Source: Macrostomum hystrix (Eukaryota > Animalia > Platyhelminthes). Taken from it: DNA of 64,000 nt. The notes under the pieces are model-generated. The model did no database searches. It had not been told where the DNA came from and saw only the letters and a program-made list of their open reading frames with translations. Within the stretch, counting starts at the first letter, position 1; each line of letters begins with the position of its first letter. The stretch covers positions 3,348,001-3,412,000 of the forward strand of contig CATNEN010000005.1 in NCBI GenBank assembly GCA_950097015.1, given 5' to 3'. A program made the position numbers and the translations under genes. Of this stretch, positions 60,660 to 64,000 are shown in pieces.

Positions 60660-60998
60660 TAATAGTAGGAGGGCTGCGGGCAATGGCACATCATTTGGTG
60701 ACACTAGACCCGCAGCCAGCGAGGAGGCAATTCTGCCCATTTCGCTGACTCCTGAGCACACACGCACACAGATACTGTACGCAGGCACACGCTCACACAG
60801 GTGTGTACATCTGCCCTGACTTTCTCATCGTCAGGCAGTATCAACTTCACTGTGCCTAGGAGGTTGGCCCTCAAGGGCGTAAATTGCACGACAAGCCCCC
60901 AAGCCTTCTCTCCGCGGCTGCGCACCAAATTAATGTGGCCTCGCTGCGGAATCGAACTTAGGGACCTTGGTGCGAGAGGCAAGCTCGTTAACCGCTCT
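60660..60998 (-). mobile_element. SINE family A, full length
   Basis: Reverse complement of the 59065 family with intact A/B boxes. Confidence 0.92.
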
Positions 60999-61964
60999 TC
61001 TACCAACCCCCAAGTAGTAGTATATACTGTGTATATACCAGGCCAGGTCATATAGATGTAGCAGGTCTCGACCAATTTTTTTATTTTCAAAATATTCCGC
61101 TAACGAGTTTGTTTAAACGGTTAAAAAAAATTTTTTTTTCAAACTTACGCGATAAATACTTGAAAATATATTTAAATAATTAAATATCTGCTTGTTTTTT
61201 GTTTAAAAACGCGAGATATTTCTAATATGTACTAACGTAGTGATTGAGTTTAATTATTAACTGCTCTCTTGTGAACTTATTTGATTTGCTATAAATCCAG
61301 CAAAAACTATTCCAAGCCTTGGAATCATATTTGTCTACTTGCAGTGCAGCAACGCAGGGACATGAGGTTGCACTGGAGAACACTAAGTTATTTGAAAAAG
61401 GGCTTTAGAATATGTTTGAGCAGTCCGTAACAATTCACAAAATTAGACTTGCTAATGCTCATTTTTCCTAAATTTTAGCCTCTTAAAACGTCTTTACTCC
61501 GATGTGGCCATCGCGTTTTTTAATTTCCTTGTTAATTAACCAGCTGCATCGCCCTGCTACGAGTAATTGCGATGCAAGATGTAATAAACAAAAGAAAATA
61601 AAATTGGCTTAAAAACCTTGAAATAAAGCTTCAAATAAATTGTGAACTGCTGGTAATAGTGGGGCCTCTTTAATGAGTCCAAAACTCATCGCTATGTTTG
61701 GTAAAGCTGCATCGGCACTCACTGAAGAGGTGCTTTGAGCATCTAAATCCATGCTTGAGCTGACATTAAGAGGGTTGAAGGAAACAAGTCCAGACTTCCT
61801 CTCGTTGTACAGGTATGAAGGACTAGAAATATTCCGTCAAATTTCCCATTAATAATGCACTTGCTTTCTCTAATCAATTTATAGTAAGCCTATAAGTTTG
61901 TATAGCGAGACCAAAACTCCTTGATAGTCAGCCAAGAGAAAATTTGTAACACTTGCTTTCAACA

Positions 61965-62345
61965 ATGAGCTCATTGGCTATACTGCTCGCGCTGCTTCAT
62001 TGCAGTCGCCTGGCTGCGACTCTGAGCAACTCTGTCAGCAGCAACTTTGTCTATGTTGGTTGCTACATGGACAGCACAATCTCGAGAGATCTTTCAGGAC
62101 TAAAGACGACGAAAAACTCGATGACACCCGAGTACTGTTTCGGCGTCTGTTCCGCTAGCTATTTGTACTTTAGTCTTCAGTTCGGCACTGAATGCTTCTG
62201 TGGCAATAGTTACGGCAAACACGGAGCTAAGCCTGAGTCCGATTGTTCCATGTCCTGCGCTGGCGATGCATCGAAAGCCTGTGGCGCGGGCAACAGGAAT
62301 AGCGTCTACCGAATAGGCGAGTCTCCTATTGTGTTTCCGTTGTAA
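61965..62345 (+). CDS. Secreted single WSC-domain protein (paralogue 4)
   Basis: ATG 61965 MSSLAILLALLHCSRLAA; complete WSC pattern; possible GC donor at 62317. Confidence 0.87.
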   Translation: MSSLAILLALLHCSRLAATLSNSVSSNFVYVGCYMDSTISRDLSGLKTTKNSMTPEYCFGVCSASYLYFSLQFGTECFCGNSYGKHGAKPESDCSMSCAGDASKACGAGNRNSVYRIGESPIVFPL

Positions 62346-63008
62346 TAGAATTTTAACCCAGGATTTAATGCCACAGGCCATTGTTGAAAGGTAAAGAACC
62401 AGAAGGTAAGATTTAAAGCATTTTACTGATCTCAGCGAAAAAGCTAAAGTTATCTTTTAACAATTTCTTTAATTATGAGTACACGTGTATGGCGATGAAA
62501 TATAACAAAACAATGAAATAAAATTGAGCGTGCTGAATAATATTAAAATCACTGTTCGTTAGATAAGTGTAGCATGCGCTAATAGAGAATCAACAATCTA
62601 CTCTGAGCTTCAAACTTTTATAAAATATAAAAACGCGCTGCATTTGTTTAAAGAGTATTGAAATATAACACGCTATTTTCCCCCTGGGAAAATACGCACT
62701 GCCAACGAGCTACTTCACGACAGCTCCAAAACCGAATGACCGATTTTCGTGAAAGTCCGCCATGTTTTCTTTCGATTTCCAAGAAAACTTGAAAGCTCAT
62801 AAATAAATTTAACCGTCAATGGAGACGTCATTGTTCAGCGTTATGTACAATGCTCACGTGTATTTGCACTAATTTCATTGTGACAGTGAGTCATGAGACA
62901 TTCCTAGATTACTTTTATATATTTTAAGTGGGTCATTTTTTTGAAAATACCCAGCATTCCTCCTCATCTCACCCTGTTTATTATCTCACCATGTCTCTCA
63001 TGGCCGCC

Positions 63009-63180
63009 GGGCTTAAGGCACGGCTGGGCCCCGCGGGCCAGCCATGGAGGTCCCATCGAGACCGAGACCACGTATAGTGGTCAGTATCTCCGCCTGTCAC
63101 GTGGAAGGTCCGGGTTCGATTCCCGGTCGGGGAGCCATGGCTGGCCCGCGGGGCCCAGCGGCCAGCCGTGCCCAAAGCCC
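63009..63180. other. Palindromic element: inverted GC-rich arms ending in CA, each followed by a tRNA 3'-end complement
   Basis: Arm 63009-63044 versus the reverse complement of 63138-63180 (22-nt perfect core, 25 nt with the TGG); TGGAGGTCCCATCGAGA at 63045-63061 resembles the complement of the tRNA-Gln 3' end. Confidence 0.75.
63072..63137 (+). pseudogene. 5'-truncated tRNA-Asp(GTC) copy (positions 10-76, CCA encoded)
   Basis: D arm GTATAGTGGTCAGTATC, anticodon stem TCCGC/GTGGA with CTGTCAC loop, T arm CCGGG-TTCGATT-CCCGG, acceptor 3' strand TCGGGGA-G-CCA; positions 1-9 absent. Confidence 0.9.
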
Positions 63181-63289
63181 TAGGGTCAAATAGAACAGAG
63201 CGATAATATAAGGAGCCGCAACTCCCAACTGGCTCGACACAGTTGTGAATCAATTCTTGGCCAGCCTTCAGTCCTAAGTCATTACAGGA

Positions 63290-64000
63290 ACTAAAACTAG
63301 AATCGAAGCAGGAACTAAAACTAGAATCGAAGCAGGAACTAAAACTAGCATCGAAGCAGGAACTAGAGCTAGAATCGAAGCAGGAACTAGAGCTAGAATC
63401 GAAGCAGGAACTAGAGCTAGAATCGAAGCAGGAACTAAAACTAGAATCGAAGCAGGAACTAGAGCTAGAATCGAAGCAGGAACTAGAGCTAGAATCGAAG
63501 CAGGAACTAGAGCTAGAATCGAAGCAGGAACTGGAGCTAGAATCGAAGCAGGAACTAGAGCTAGAATCGAAGCAGGAACTAGAGCTAGAATCGAAGCAGG
63601 AACTAGAGCTAGAATCGAAGCAGGAACTGGAGCTAGAATCGAAGCAGGAACTAAAACTAGAATCGAAGCAGGAACTAGAGCTAGAATCGAAGCAGGAACT
63701 GGAGCTAGAATCGAAGCAGGAACTAGAGCTAGAATCGAAGCAGGAACTAGAGCTAGAATCGAAGCAGGAACTAGAGCTAGAATCGAAGCAGGAACTGGAG
63801 CTAGAATCGAAGCAGGAACTAAAACTAGAATCGAAGCAGGAACTAGAGCTAGAATCGAAGCAGGAACTAGAGCTAGAATCGAAGCAGGAACTGGAGCTAG
63901 AATCGAAGCAGGAACTAAAACTAGAATCGAAGCAGGAACTAGAGCTAGAATCGAAGCAGGAACTAGAGCTAGAATCGAAGCAGGAACTAGAGCTAGAATC
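63290..64000. repeat. 24-bp minisatellite (AGGAACTAGAGCTAGAATCGAAGC), runs off the window
   Basis: Tandem periodicity. Confidence 0.97.

Noticed and set aside
63072-63137. Functional tRNA-Asp gene
   Set aside because: Positions 1-9 are missing. TCCCATCGA upstream could mimic an acceptor strand only with a 2-nt bulge and a 12-nt linker, and is better explained as the tRNA-Gln complement.
63005-63185. Synthetic polylinker or vector contamination (NcoI, SacII, ApaI, BsaI-like sites)
   Set aside because: The sites follow from GC-rich palindromes and tRNA-derived sequence; no vector backbone nearby. Not fully excluded without a UniVec screen.
63138-63190. HDV-like/theta ribozyme downstream of the tRNA
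   Set aside because: GGCTGGC/GCCAGCC could form P1, but only ~15 nt lie between the strands, too few for P2/P3/L3, and no J4/2 motif is evident.

Overview
AT-rich invertebrate (metazoan) genomic DNA with GC-rich spliced exons and introns filled with minisatellites. A free-living flatworm of the Macrostomum type is my inference only. Gene models rebuilt by hand from GT/AG sites and reading phase: eEF2 (+, 6 exons, ~849 aa); a TIR plus beta-trefoil protein (+, 292 aa); an integrin beta (-, 818 aa); ANKMY1 (+, 13 exons, ~1306 aa); a type-I membrane protein with 8 atypical C-type lectin domains (+, 9 exons, ~1507 aa); a small single-TM ORF; four single-WSC-domain paralogues; and a decayed ankyrin pseudogene. 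eEF2 introns host seven box C/D snoRNAs. Six are U31/snR67-type guides for the 28S P-loop Gm, four of them in tandem in one intron. The seventh is a different 28S guide. Repeats include two tRNA-derived SINE families, several MITE/foldback elements and about 17 distinct minisatellite arrays. The most unusual object is a 172-bp palindromic element at 63009-63180. Two inverted GC-rich arms each end in CA and are followed by the complement of a mature (CCA-bearing) tRNA 3' end: 17 nt of tRNA-Gln on one strand, and tRNA-Asp from CCA back to exactly position 10 on the other. This resembles a fossil of tRNA-primed reverse transcription. All rRNA/tRNA matches are from memory of conserved sequences and need database confirmation.
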